Part shown: in pieces, positions 19,654 through 28,263 of the stretch
Layout: every line of letters starts with the position of its first letter
How positions within the stretch are numbered: position 1 is the first letter of the stretch
Source: a bacterium
GTDB lineage: Bacteria > Patescibacteriota > Microgenomatia > UBA8517
DNA length: 64,000 bases
NCBI GenBank assembly: GCA_021790215.1
Contig: JAJYIG010000001.1
Location: 194-64,193, forward strand
Reading direction: 5' to 3'
Notes under the pieces: model-generated
Told to the model about the DNA's origin: nothing
What the model saw: the letters and a program-made list of their open reading frames with translations, nothing else
Database searches by the model: none
Program-made: the position numbers and the translations under genes

Positions 19654-21647
19654 TTTAGTTTTTCCTCCATCTTTCTCTCAGCCTCTGCAAGCTGTTCAGG
19701 GGTATTGATTCCCTGCCACTCAATTGAATTAGGAAGTGTATAGGCAACAGTCCTTTCTCCCTGATCAATCGCCATTTTGATAAGCTCGACTATGTAATAT
19801 TCTCCGGAAACAGGGCTTTTTTCAACTTTTGGCAGATTTTTCTCCAGCCACTTTTTATCAAATACATAAAGTCCATCATTTATTTCCTTAATCTTTCGCT
19901 CTTTATCCGTCGCATCTTTTTCTTCAATAATACCTTTCAGATTTCCTCTTCCATCACGTACGATTCTTCCAAGTCCGTGGGGGTCATCCTTAATTAGAGT
20001 GACAAAACTTAAGATAGCTTTTTTCTCCTTATGGTTTTCCAAAACTTTATTTATTGTCTCTGGAGAATAAAACGCAGTATCGTCTCCATATAAAACCATT
20101 ACGTATTTTGTTTCATCCGAAACACGCTGAAGTCCGGAGGAAGCAGCGTCTGCGGTTCCTCCTTTGGGATTACCCTGAACTGCAATCTTAACCGCGCCAT
20201 CTATTTGCCTTATAACCAGATTTTTCTTAAATGAAACCACAACAATAATTTCTCCAACACCGGCATTTCTTAAATGCTGAAGTGAATAAGTGATCATGGG
20301 TCTTCCGCAAATTTTGTGAAGGACTTTGGGAAGGCCTGAGTTCATCCTGGTCCCTTTTCCGGCCGCAAGGAGGATCGCAGAAACATCTTTTTTCCTTTCA
20401 ATGTAGTTTTTTACGGACTCAAAATCGCTCCAAGGATGTTCATATCCATCGTAGGCCATACTTTTCTCATGTCCTTTTCCGGCGAAAACTACAGTGTCTC
20501 CTTTTTTAGCAATTGAGAGAGCATAGGGAATTGCCTCCCCTCTTTCGGGAATCGCGACATAATTTTTGGCGTCCTTCTTCATCGATCGCAAAATATCAAA
20601 AATATTTTCACTTCTCGGATCCTCAGCCGTAAAGACACTCATATCGGCCAATTCTCCGGATATTTTGCCCATCTTTCGGCGTTTTTTATGATCCCTTTCT
20701 CCTGCGCAACCAAAAACTGAGATTAACTTTCCGGACGTAACTGATCTCAAATATTTTAGAAGTGCCTCAAGTGATTCTGGGGTATGTGCAAAATCAATAA
20801 AAACCTTAATGCCCAAATTATTTTTAATTTCCATAAGTCGTCCTTCGGGAAGCTTAAAGGTTTTTAAGGTCATAAGAGCTTGGCTCCTCTCAAAACCAAG
20901 TTTTTCAACTGCCATTAAAGCTGCCTCCACATCCAAATTGTTAAAATCCCCCGGAAGAATTTTCAAGTTTGTAAACTCCGGAGCAATAACCTTCAACCTG
21001 GCCGAATTCAAAAATGACATTTTAACCTTCTTATATTCCTTAAAGGTTTTGTGATAATCCAAATGCTCAGGCGCAATATTGGTCAAAACTCCTACTTCAA
21101 ATCTAACCCCGGCAATTCTTTTTTGATCAATTCCATGCGAACTAACCTCGACCACAGCATATTCACATCCCGCCTTTACCATTTCCGCTAAAAATTTATG
21201 AAGAGAGAGTGTGTCAGGACTTGTTACATGGAAACCTGTATCAATCTCTTTATCCCCTATCTTGGCAATTATTGAAGAAACCAGGCCAGTTTTCTTACCT
21301 AACGAGGTTAAAATATGATAGATCAGGTGAGATGTGGTAGTTTTACCTTTCGTGCCTGTTACTCCTATTACTGTAAGATGCTCGGAAGGGTTGCCATAAA
21401 ATTCTGAAGCGATCTCCCCAAGGGCCTCCCTTGAATCCGGCACTTTTATGTATATGGCATCTTTCAGCTTCAAATTTCGCTCTCCAACTACTGCAATCGC
21501 TCCCCTTTTTACAGCCTCAGAAATAAAATCGTGGCCGTCAGAATTCATGCCTTTTATAGCTACAAAGATAAAGCCTTTTCTTACATTTCTTGAGTCATCG
21601 GCAACCCCCTTTGCGCCTTTGACCAAATCCTCCAAATCTTTTATCAT
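19650..21647 (-). CDS. murE: Fused MurE ligase and GlmU-like N-terminal uridyltransferase domain
   Basis: N-part: DDSR, DGHDF, VTGTKGKTT, EVSSHG, EHLDYH, DFAHTP, GCAGERD, EDPR, AGKGHE. C-part: LAAGKGTRM-S-LPKVLH, GTADA, YGD, GRIVRD, EEKDA, EYY, GINTPEQL. There is no hexapeptide acetyltransferase domain. Confidence 0.9.
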   Translation of the reverse strand: MIKDLEDLVKGAKGVADDSRNVRKGFIFVAIKGMNSDGHDFISEAVKRGAIAVVGERNLKLKDAIYIKVPDSREALGEIASEFYGNPSEHLTVIGVTGTKGKTTTSHLIYHILTSLGKKTGLVSSIIAKIGDKEIDTGFHVTSPDTLSLHKFLAEMVKAGCEYAVVEVSSHGIDQKRIAGVRFEVGVLTNIAPEHLDYHKTFKEYKKVKMSFLNSARLKVIAPEFTNLKILPGDFNNLDVEAALMAVEKLGFERSQALMTLKTFKLPEGRLMEIKNNLGIKVFIDFAHTPESLEALLKYLRSVTSGKLISVFGCAGERDHKKRRKMGKISGELADMSVFTAEDPRSENIFDILRSMKKDAKNYVAIPERGEAIPYALSIAKKGDTVVFAGKGHEKSMAYDGYEHPWSDFESVKNYIERKKDVSAILLAAGKGTRMNSGLPKVLHKICGRPMITYSLQHLRNAGVGEIIVVVSFKKNLVIRQIDGAVKIAVQGNPKGGTADAASSGLQRVSDETKYVMVLYGDDTAFYSPETINKVLENHKEKKAILSFVTLIKDDPHGLGRIVRDGRGNLKGIIEEKDATDKERKIKEINDGLYVFDKKWLEKNLPKVEKSPVSGEYYIVELIKMAIDQGERTVAYTLPNSIEWQGINTPEQLAEAERKMEEKLK

Positions 21648-21675
21648 TCGTGAATATTATATATCAACTGCTTCG

Positions 21676-22704
21676 CTAGGCAGAACCCGATTCCAAGATG
21701 GCCTTTGCAAGCCTTTCGGAATTATGGCGTAAAAGATGATCCTTCTTTAGGTATTCCCCAAGCTTAGCCTTAACAACCTTCACATTTGGTGCAAGCTTTC
21801 TGCAGAGTTCTTCGTCAAGCTCAACCACTTCCTGACCTTCCTTTTTATAAAGATTCACTATTTCTTTATCCAATCTTGCATTACTTACTACCAAAAAGTT
21901 TAAGCGTTTTTTATTGCCTAAATAAAAAAGTAATGCCTTAAGGTAATCCGATGCTTTGAAAGAATCAGTTTCACCTGGCTTAGTAGTCAAATTTAAGACG
22001 AAGTAAACTTTTGCACGGGAACGGCAGATGGCCTCCGCAACTCCGTCAATCAAAAGGTGCGGCAAAACACTTGTAAAAAGATCTCCTGGAGCAAAGACAA
22101 TTTTATCAGCCTGGCTTATGGCAGTGAGCACTTTGGGATTATTGTCGGCGTGAGTTCCAAAATAAATCCTCACAATTCTATCTTTTGGATCAAAATCCTT
22201 TCTTTCACTTCTTTTATCGATATTTGTTTCACCATCCACCTCAACTCCACGCTCAGTATGGCAACCAAGAGTTAAATCGGTAAGACTTGCGGGAAGGACC
22301 TGGCCGCGAATACGGAATAAGGCTCTTTCGGCGTCGGTTCCTCTATCCTGTCCATGAAATATACGATCAAGCCTGACACCAATTAAATTACCAAGGGAAT
22401 GTCCTTTTAGTGGGCCAACCACTTCTTTTAGTCTATCGTCAAAAAGTCTCTGGGCAACTCTTTGCTGTTCATCGTCTTCCATTAAAGCCAAAAGACAGGC
22501 TCTAATGTCCCCCGGAGGCAAAACTCCGAGTTCAGTACGTAAAATACCGGAAGAACCTCCACTGTCCCATGTCCCAACTACTGCAGTTATCAAAGATGGG
22601 TCGTTAAACTTTTTTAAACCGGTGAGAAGTTGAAAATGGCCGGTCTTACCGCCAAAAGTCACTATCTTTTGTCTGAATTTACTTTTGGCCGTTTGAGCTA
22701 TCAT
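21676..22704 (-). CDS. yvcK: YvcK/GlmR (UPF0052) UDP-GlcNAc-binding protein
   Basis: GGKTG, DSGGSSG-LR, PPGDIR, GHSLGN, GETNI, PGDLFTSVLP, C-terminal RH. Confidence 0.85.
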   Translation of the reverse strand: MIAQTAKSKFRQKIVTFGGKTGHFQLLTGLKKFNDPSLITAVVGTWDSGGSSGILRTELGVLPPGDIRACLLALMEDDEQQRVAQRLFDDRLKEVVGPLKGHSLGNLIGVRLDRIFHGQDRGTDAERALFRIRGQVLPASLTDLTLGCHTERGVEVDGETNIDKRSERKDFDPKDRIVRIYFGTHADNNPKVLTAISQADKIVFAPGDLFTSVLPHLLIDGVAEAICRSRAKVYFVLNLTTKPGETDSFKASDYLKALLFYLGNKKRLNFLVVSNARLDKEIVNLYKKEGQEVVELDEELCRKLAPNVKVVKAKLGEYLKKDHLLRHNSERLAKAILESGSA

Positions 22705-23950
22705 ACTTTTCGATCTCGGCCCCTAATTCACGAAGCCTTTCATCGATCTTTTCATATCCACGATTGACTACTTCCACATTCTCAATTTCACTTTTTCCCT
22801 CTGCAACAAGAGCCGCCAATATAACTGATATGCCCGCTCTTATATCCTTACAAAAAAGTCTATCACTCATAAGATGCGTCGGGCCGCTAACTATAACCCT
22901 ATGGGGATCAGCAATAAAAATGTTAGCCCCCATCGAAATAAGATCGTCAACAAAAAACATTCTCCATTCATACATCCAGTCGTGACAAAGTACGGTTCCT
23001 TGAGTTTGAGTAGCAAGAACTATAAAGGGACTCATCAAGTCTGTGGGAAAACCCGGCCAGGGACGTGTCTGAAACTTTCTCCTCTTTGCAACAAGTTTTG
23101 AAGGCATTACGGTAACAGAATGATCCGTAGCCTTAAACTCGACCCCCATATAAGAAAGGTAATTCATAACCATCGGATATTTATCAATTTCAAACCCTTC
23201 GATTTCAACCTCACCTCCGGTGATAGCTGCCGCAATTGCAAAGGTTCCCCCCTCAATGTGGTCCGGGCAGATCCTATGCTCAGCTCCATTCATAGGCCCT
23301 CCTTCTATATTTAAAACATTCGAACCTATTCCGGAAATCTTTGACCCCATTTTATTCAAAAACATTGCCAAGTCAGTTACATGCGGTTCTGTTGCAGCAT
23401 CCTCTATTTTCATTCCTCCCGGAAGACTTGATGCCATCATAAGTCCCATTTCTGTGGCAGTTACCGAAGGTTCATCCAAAAAAATATCTGATGATTTCCG
23501 ATGTTTCCAGTCTAAAAAGAACCGTCCGTCTTTCCTGGCAATTTCCACCCCCATTTTTTGCATCATTGCAAAATGAGTATCAAGGAGCCTTTCTCCGATT
23601 TGATCACCTCCCGGAGGTGTGACAATGGTTTTTCCGAACCTGGCAAGAAGCGGCGCGGCTAGAACTACAGAAGCTCTAAATCTGGAAGAAAGATCAGGAT
23701 CAAGATCATAAGACGATAAACCGGATGGATCAATCGTCACCGTATGATCCTCGCGTTTCACTTTAACCCCAAGCCTTTCAATAAGCTCCAGCATAACAGA
23801 AATATCAGAAATGTCGGGAACGTTTGTGAAAGTAGATGGAGAATCAGCCAAAAGAGCAGCTGGAATAAGCTTCAAGGCCGAATTTTTGTTGCCGAAAAGC
23901 CTGATTTTTCCGTTTAAAGGCTTTCCTCCTGTCACAATAAACTTGGACAT
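22679..23950 (-). CDS. murA: UDP-GlcNAc enolpyruvyl transferase MurA (Asp116 variant)
   Basis: GNKNSAL, RAS, PGGDQIGER-DTH, SVTATE, EPHV, PWPGFPTDL, DIRAG, RGYE. Confidence 0.95.
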   Translation of the reverse strand: MSKFIVTGGKPLNGKIRLFGNKNSALKLIPAALLADSPSTFTNVPDISDISVMLELIERLGVKVKREDHTVTIDPSGLSSYDLDPDLSSRFRASVVLAAPLLARFGKTIVTPPGGDQIGERLLDTHFAMMQKMGVEIARKDGRFFLDWKHRKSSDIFLDEPSVTATEMGLMMASSLPGGMKIEDAATEPHVTDLAMFLNKMGSKISGIGSNVLNIEGGPMNGAEHRICPDHIEGGTFAIAAAITGGEVEIEGFEIDKYPMVMNYLSYMGVEFKATDHSVTVMPSKLVAKRRKFQTRPWPGFPTDLMSPFIVLATQTQGTVLCHDWMYEWRMFFVDDLISMGANIFIADPHRVIVSGPTHLMSDRLFCKDIRAGISVILAALVAEGKSEIENVEVVNRGYEKIDERLRELGAEIEKYDSSNGQK

Positions 23951-23997
23951 GTAACTAGTATTTTACTACAACACCTACAAAATCAATAATCAAGGCT

Positions 23998-25713
23998 TTA
24001 ACTTGATGGCTGAACTCCCAGATAAGGAAATAAGTCTCTAGCGATTGAAAACCACAACGGCGCCGCCGTCTCGGATGCCCAAGGAGACGCCTGAGGAGAA
24101 TCAAGAGTGACAAGCATTACAAACTTTGGATGGTCAGCGGGCGCAAACCCTATAAACGAATGGTTTGTGTTAACTGGATCGTAATGCCCGGCAACAGGAA
24201 TTTGTGCCGTACCGGTTTTCCCGGCTACATTATCAAAACCAGAAATCTTGCACCACTTGGCCTCACCTAAATTTGCTGCCTGAACCATCATTTGAGCAGC
24301 CTCCTGAGCAGCTTTTTCGCTAATAATTCTCACGGGTGGGTCAGTATTTACAGGTTGCTGCCATCCGTCTCCCCGGATTGAATCAACAACGCGCGGAGTC
24401 ACTAAATAGCCTCCATTTGCAATCACTGAAATTGCTCTCACCATTTCTATTCCTGTAACAGCTACCCCCTGTCCGAAACTCGCAGTATCAAGGTCGACAT
24501 TACTCCAACTCCCCTTCTTCCTTAATGGCGGTGCAGCCTCTCCCTGCAAATCTATACCCGTTGTTTTTCCAATCCCAAAACTATTAAGATAGTTATAAAG
24601 CTTATCTGCCCCCAGCTTTTGTCCGACAAAACTCATTCCAACATTATCAGAGTTTATAATAACTTCTGTCATTGTTGAGTTTGATCTGTATTTATTATCC
24701 CAAGTCCTTATCTGAAAGCCATCAACATTAATTGGACCGGAGCAGATATCGCACTCTGTGTCGGGAGTTACGAGTCCTGCATCAATGGCCGAAGCCATAA
24801 CAATTGGTTTAAATATCGATCCTGGTTCAAAAGAGTCCGATATCACGGTATTTTTAAACACCTCGTTGCTGTATTGAGAATAGTTGCTTGGGTCAAAACT
24901 TGGTAAACTCGCCATTGCCATAATTTTACCTGTATACGGATCCATTATTGTTACACTTCCACCCTTTGCCTGATATTTTTGAATTCCATTTGCAAGTTCC
25001 GTTTCAGCCAAAATTTGAATCCTTTTGTCGACATTTGTCAGAAGATCCACACCCGGAACTGCTGACACCTCCATTGTTCCACCCGAAAGAATAGGCGCAC
25101 CTAAAGCATTCTTCTCCCCACCCATAAATCCAGGTTTACCGCTTAACGGAAGGTCGTAATATCCCTCAAGCCCAAAATATCCCACATCATGGCCACTTGA
25201 ATCTTTACCCACAAAACCCAGGATATGTGCAGCAGAAGACGCCTCAGGATAATACGAATCCTCCTCCGGATCAAAACCTATCCCCCGGATTCCCAAAGCA
25301 TCAATATTCCTTTTGGTAGGATCATCCATCTTACCACCCAAAGAAACCCAACTTAGATTACTTTTGGAAAGAATTCCCTGCAATTTATCGACCTCGTCCA
25401 TTAGCTCCACCTTATCGGTCGGGTCTTTAACAAAAAAGGGTGCCAGCCTGTTTGCAACGGCCTGGACGGAATCAGTCAACATCTTAGGATTTGCCCACGG
25501 AAGCCAGCCTTGAGTTCTTACAACCCAATATGTTCCGTCGGAGGCGAGAATATTTCCTCTTGGAGCGCTAGTTACTTTAGAAGAACTATATTGTGCCTGG
25601 GCATCTTGAGAGAGGACAGAACCTTTTATAATTTGCCAGTAAAAAAGTCTGACGATAACGGCAGCAAAAAGAATTAAAAAAAAGATAGAGAGTAATCGAA
25701 TTTTTACACCCAT
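23998..25713 (-). CDS. ftsI: Class B penicillin-binding protein (FtsI-like)
   Basis: N-terminal TM, PRG-I, G-FGLE, EPGSIFK (SxxK), SDN (SxN), KTGTAQ; follows rsmH and ftsL. Confidence 0.88.
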   Translation of the reverse strand: MGVKIRLLSIFFLILFAAVIVRLFYWQIIKGSVLSQDAQAQYSSSKVTSAPRGNILASDGTYWVVRTQGWLPWANPKMLTDSVQAVANRLAPFFVKDPTDKVELMDEVDKLQGILSKSNLSWVSLGGKMDDPTKRNIDALGIRGIGFDPEEDSYYPEASSAAHILGFVGKDSSGHDVGYFGLEGYYDLPLSGKPGFMGGEKNALGAPILSGGTMEVSAVPGVDLLTNVDKRIQILAETELANGIQKYQAKGGSVTIMDPYTGKIMAMASLPSFDPSNYSQYSNEVFKNTVISDSFEPGSIFKPIVMASAIDAGLVTPDTECDICSGPINVDGFQIRTWDNKYRSNSTMTEVIINSDNVGMSFVGQKLGADKLYNYLNSFGIGKTTGIDLQGEAAPPLRKKGSWSNVDLDTASFGQGVAVTGIEMVRAISVIANGGYLVTPRVVDSIRGDGWQQPVNTDPPVRIISEKAAQEAAQMMVQAANLGEAKWCKISGFDNVAGKTGTAQIPVAGHYDPVNTNHSFIGFAPADHPKFVMLVTLDSPQASPWASETAAPLWFSIARDLFPYLGVQPSS

Positions 25714-25722
25714 TTTTCCTTG

Positions 25723-26019
25723 CTATGGAAGTTTAGCAACAGCTTCGCCGGCTGAGGTATAAACCAAAGCCGTCGGCTTAACATATCCCATTGCCACACT
25801 TTCCTCCTGAAGTTGACTGACAGAAAGAGATTTAACCAAAGAATCCTGCAAGTACCCTTTCTGATCTAGAAGCTGTACTTCTTCTTTTTGTAAAGCCGCA
25901 AACTCAACTCCTGAAGTTGCTGTTTCAATTGTAACAAAAACCGATGAGACAACCATAACCGCTAAAGTTATCACTAAAATAACTCCTCTCGGACTTTTTA
26001 AATCAATTATTTTTTTCAT
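25723..26019 (-). CDS. ftsL: FtsL-like small bitopic coiled-coil protein
   Basis: One TM, a heptad-leucine segment and A-MGYVKP; canonical position between rsmH and ftsI. Confidence 0.6.
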   Translation of the reverse strand: MKKIIDLKSPRGVILVITLAVMVVSSVFVTIETATSGVEFAALQKEEVQLLDQKGYLQDSLVKSLSVSQLQEESVAMGYVKPTALVYTSAGEAVAKLP

Positions 26020-26032
26020 ATTTTGGATAATC

Positions 26033-26950
26033 TTATTTCTTCTCTAAAATTCTCATCTTTGCGCTTCTCGCCCTGGGATTTCCTTCAAGTTCATCCGCGC
26101 TTGCTATATCAAATCCTGAGACACCTTTTCCTGTCATAAAATCTTTAACAATTTTGTCCTCCCCGGAATGAAAACTGATAACAACCAGTCTTCCTCCTAC
26201 CTCAAGCAAGTTATAAGCTTTTGGTAAAACCTCCTTTAAATTTTCAAGCTCGCTATTGACAGCTATCCTTAAAGCCAAAAATGGTAATGTTGCTTCGTTC
26301 AACCCGTGTTTGCCGGTTCTTAATCCGTCACAAATCTCAAGCATGTCATTGACCTTCAATATAGGACTTCTTTTCCTAAACTCCGTAACCTTTTTAGAAA
26401 TCCACTTGGCCGGACCAGGTTCAATAGTTACTTCAAAAAGATTCCTAAGTTGATCCTCTCTAAGAATATTTAAAAGGTCAGATGCTTTTACCCCCTGGGC
26501 CTCAGGATTAATCCGCATGTCCAATGGCGCTTCCCGGTTGGCAAAAGAAAACCCTCTCTCCAAATCTTTGAGGTGAAGATTACTCACCCCAAGGTCAAGT
26601 AAAATCCCCGAAACTTTCTCAAAACCGTTTTCCTTTGCAATCCTGTCTATGTCGGTAAAATTCCCATTAACCAGACTGTATTTATCTCTATCTAGGATCT
26701 CTTTCCCGATTCTCTTACGAGACATCTCAACCATTTTAGGATCGAGATCAATTCCCAAAACCTCTCCCCCAAGTTTCAAAATCTCCAGGGTGTGTCCCCC
26801 TGTTCCGAGAGTAGCGTCAATATATTTGCAAGCTTTTTTAAGGTGCTTTGACCTGCTACAGATGTGCAAGGCACTTATTACCTGATCAACCATTACCGAT
26901 TCATGGTATTTACCAGGGCCTTGGCTGGCCAAGCTTTGCTTATTTTCCAT
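26033..26950 (-). CDS. rsmH: 16S rRNA m4C1402 methyltransferase RsmH (MraW)
   Basis: HESVM, DATLGTGGH, DLGVS, RGFSF, PLDMR, ALRIAVN-EL, ISFHSGED, NPRARSAK. Start set at ATG 26950, overlapping the mraZ end. Confidence 0.95.
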   Translation of the reverse strand: MENKQSLASQGPGKYHESVMVDQVISALHICSRSKHLKKACKYIDATLGTGGHTLEILKLGGEVLGIDLDPKMVEMSRKRIGKEILDRDKYSLVNGNFTDIDRIAKENGFEKVSGILLDLGVSNLHLKDLERGFSFANREAPLDMRINPEAQGVKASDLLNILREDQLRNLFEVTIEPGPAKWISKKVTEFRKRSPILKVNDMLEICDGLRTGKHGLNEATLPFLALRIAVNSELENLKEVLPKAYNLLEVGGRLVVISFHSGEDKIVKDFMTGKGVSGFDIASADELEGNPRARSAKMRILEKK

Positions 26951-27377
26951 CTCTTTTTGCCAATCTTTCGATATAACTCGCTGCCTCTTTTGCAACCTCA
27001 GCTTCCTTCTTTTCCCAAAGCTCTTTGTTCCAAATCTCAATCCTATCCCCAACCCCTAAGAAGTAAACCTGCTCACCAAGACCGGCGTATACCACTAATC
27101 TGTCAGGTAAAACTATTCTCCCCTGGTCATCAATATCAACCTCGTAGGCTGAAGCAAAAATAAAATGTTCAGTCTCTCTAATCGGTTCGATGATCATCCT
27201 CTCTCCTCCTGTCAATCTATCTAAAAGTGCACTCCAAGAATCATTACCCACCAAAACCAAACAGTTCTCGTACCATTTGGCTAAAATTGCCGATTGTCCT
27301 ATCTTTTGGCGGAATACTGAAGGGATCGATGTTCGCTTTCCCGAAGTTACACTGACAAGATATGTACCTACAAACAT
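26940..27377 (-). CDS. mraZ: Transcriptional regulator MraZ
   Basis: MFVGTY, R-SIP-FR, DDQGRIVLP, GVGDRIEIW; first gene of dcw. Confidence 0.93.
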   Translation of the reverse strand: MFVGTYLVSVTSGKRTSIPSVFRQKIGQSAILAKWYENCLVLVGNDSWSALLDRLTGGERMIIEPIRETEHFIFASAYEVDIDDQGRIVLPDRLVVYAGLGEQVYFLGVGDRIEIWNKELWEKKEAEVAKEAASYIERLAKRDGK

Positions 27378-27398
27378 TTCTTTTCATCTAGGCAGATG

Positions 27399-27461
27399 GG
27401 TGAGAAAATACCATTTCTCACCATTATCAACCATAATGATATTATTTTCACAAAATGTCAA
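27399..27461 (-). promoter_or_regulatory. dcw promoter TTGACA-N17-CATTAT with three ATGGT direct repeats at 10-bp period (putative MraZ operator)
   Basis: On the plus strand ACCAT lies at 27410, 27420 and 27430, TGTCAA at 27456-27461 and ATAATG at 27433-27438. Characterised MraZ boxes are TGG-containing repeats with 10-bp period. Confidence 0.75.
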
Positions 27462-27513
27462 CCCCTATATTTCACGAAAAAGCGGATTCGGACTTATCTT
27501 TAAAAAATGAGAC

Positions 27514-28188
27514 TCATTGCGAAGTTACACTTCCAGCATGAGGTTTACCATCGGAAGCAAAAATAGAATAGCCATTAGAGGTAATTACTGTAGTAGAAGC
27601 GTCAGGCGCAGCAAAACTCTGCATAGTTACAAAGTAAACATTTTTGGCAAGCTTGTCCAAATTATATTTAAACTTTCCGTCGGCAGATGAAAGTGATGTC
27701 GTATTTGATTGTAAAGTAAATTCAGATGTAAGTTTACCTATAAGTTTGCCACCGGAATCTCGGAAAGTAATAGTAATCGTTCCCTGATTCACACCGTCGT
27801 CAAATCGATAATTCCCGGAAGATTCTGATCCCAAAAGAAGTACTCGATCGATATCCCCACTCGTAAGATGAACTGTTCCCGGAACACCCTGCTGACCGCC
27901 ATCAGTAGTATTATAAACAAGTTCGTAATCCATACTGGCAGCACCAGGAATGTTTATCTTTTGCACCTTAAGGTCCAGTAGATGTCCCAAAGAATTGGGA
28001 ATTTTAGGGTCCGTTGTAGGAATTAACGAGACTACCGGCCACTCACTCTGGGGAAGGACAGGAGCATTAGCAATCTGGTCGGTTGGTGTTGAAGATGGAG
28101 TTTTTGAGCCAGATGTAATAAGAAGTGCTGCAACAACAACTATCAAGACTCCAACCCCGGCAATTATAAATGGTAGGAACTTTTTCAT
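27514..28188 (-). CDS. Hypothetical membrane-anchored extracytoplasmic protein
   Basis: N-terminal TM, Ser/Thr/Pro linker, beta-rich domain (YELVY, GVPG, LLGSESSG). Confidence 0.75.
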   Translation of the reverse strand: MKKFLPFIIAGVGVLIVVVAALLITSGSKTPSSTPTDQIANAPVLPQSEWPVVSLIPTTDPKIPNSLGHLLDLKVQKINIPGAASMDYELVYNTTDGGQQGVPGTVHLTSGDIDRVLLLGSESSGNYRFDDGVNQGTITITFRDSGGKLIGKLTSEFTLQSNTTSLSSADGKFKYNLDKLAKNVYFVTMQSFAAPDASTTVITSNGYSIFASDGKPHAGSVTSQ

Positions 28189-28220
28189 AACACTTTAGTG
28201 ATATGTGAAATTCATCTTTG

Positions 28221-28240
28221 GAGATTCTTCGAATCGCTAA
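28221..28240. repeat. Short intergenic hairpin element GAGATTCTTCGAATCG; near-copy at 52301-52320
   Basis: GATTC-TTC-GAATC hairpin. The same motif, lacking one C, is in the 52271-52336 intergenic gap. Confidence 0.55.
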
Positions 28241-28263
28241 ATCTCTACTGACAGAATTTCATA

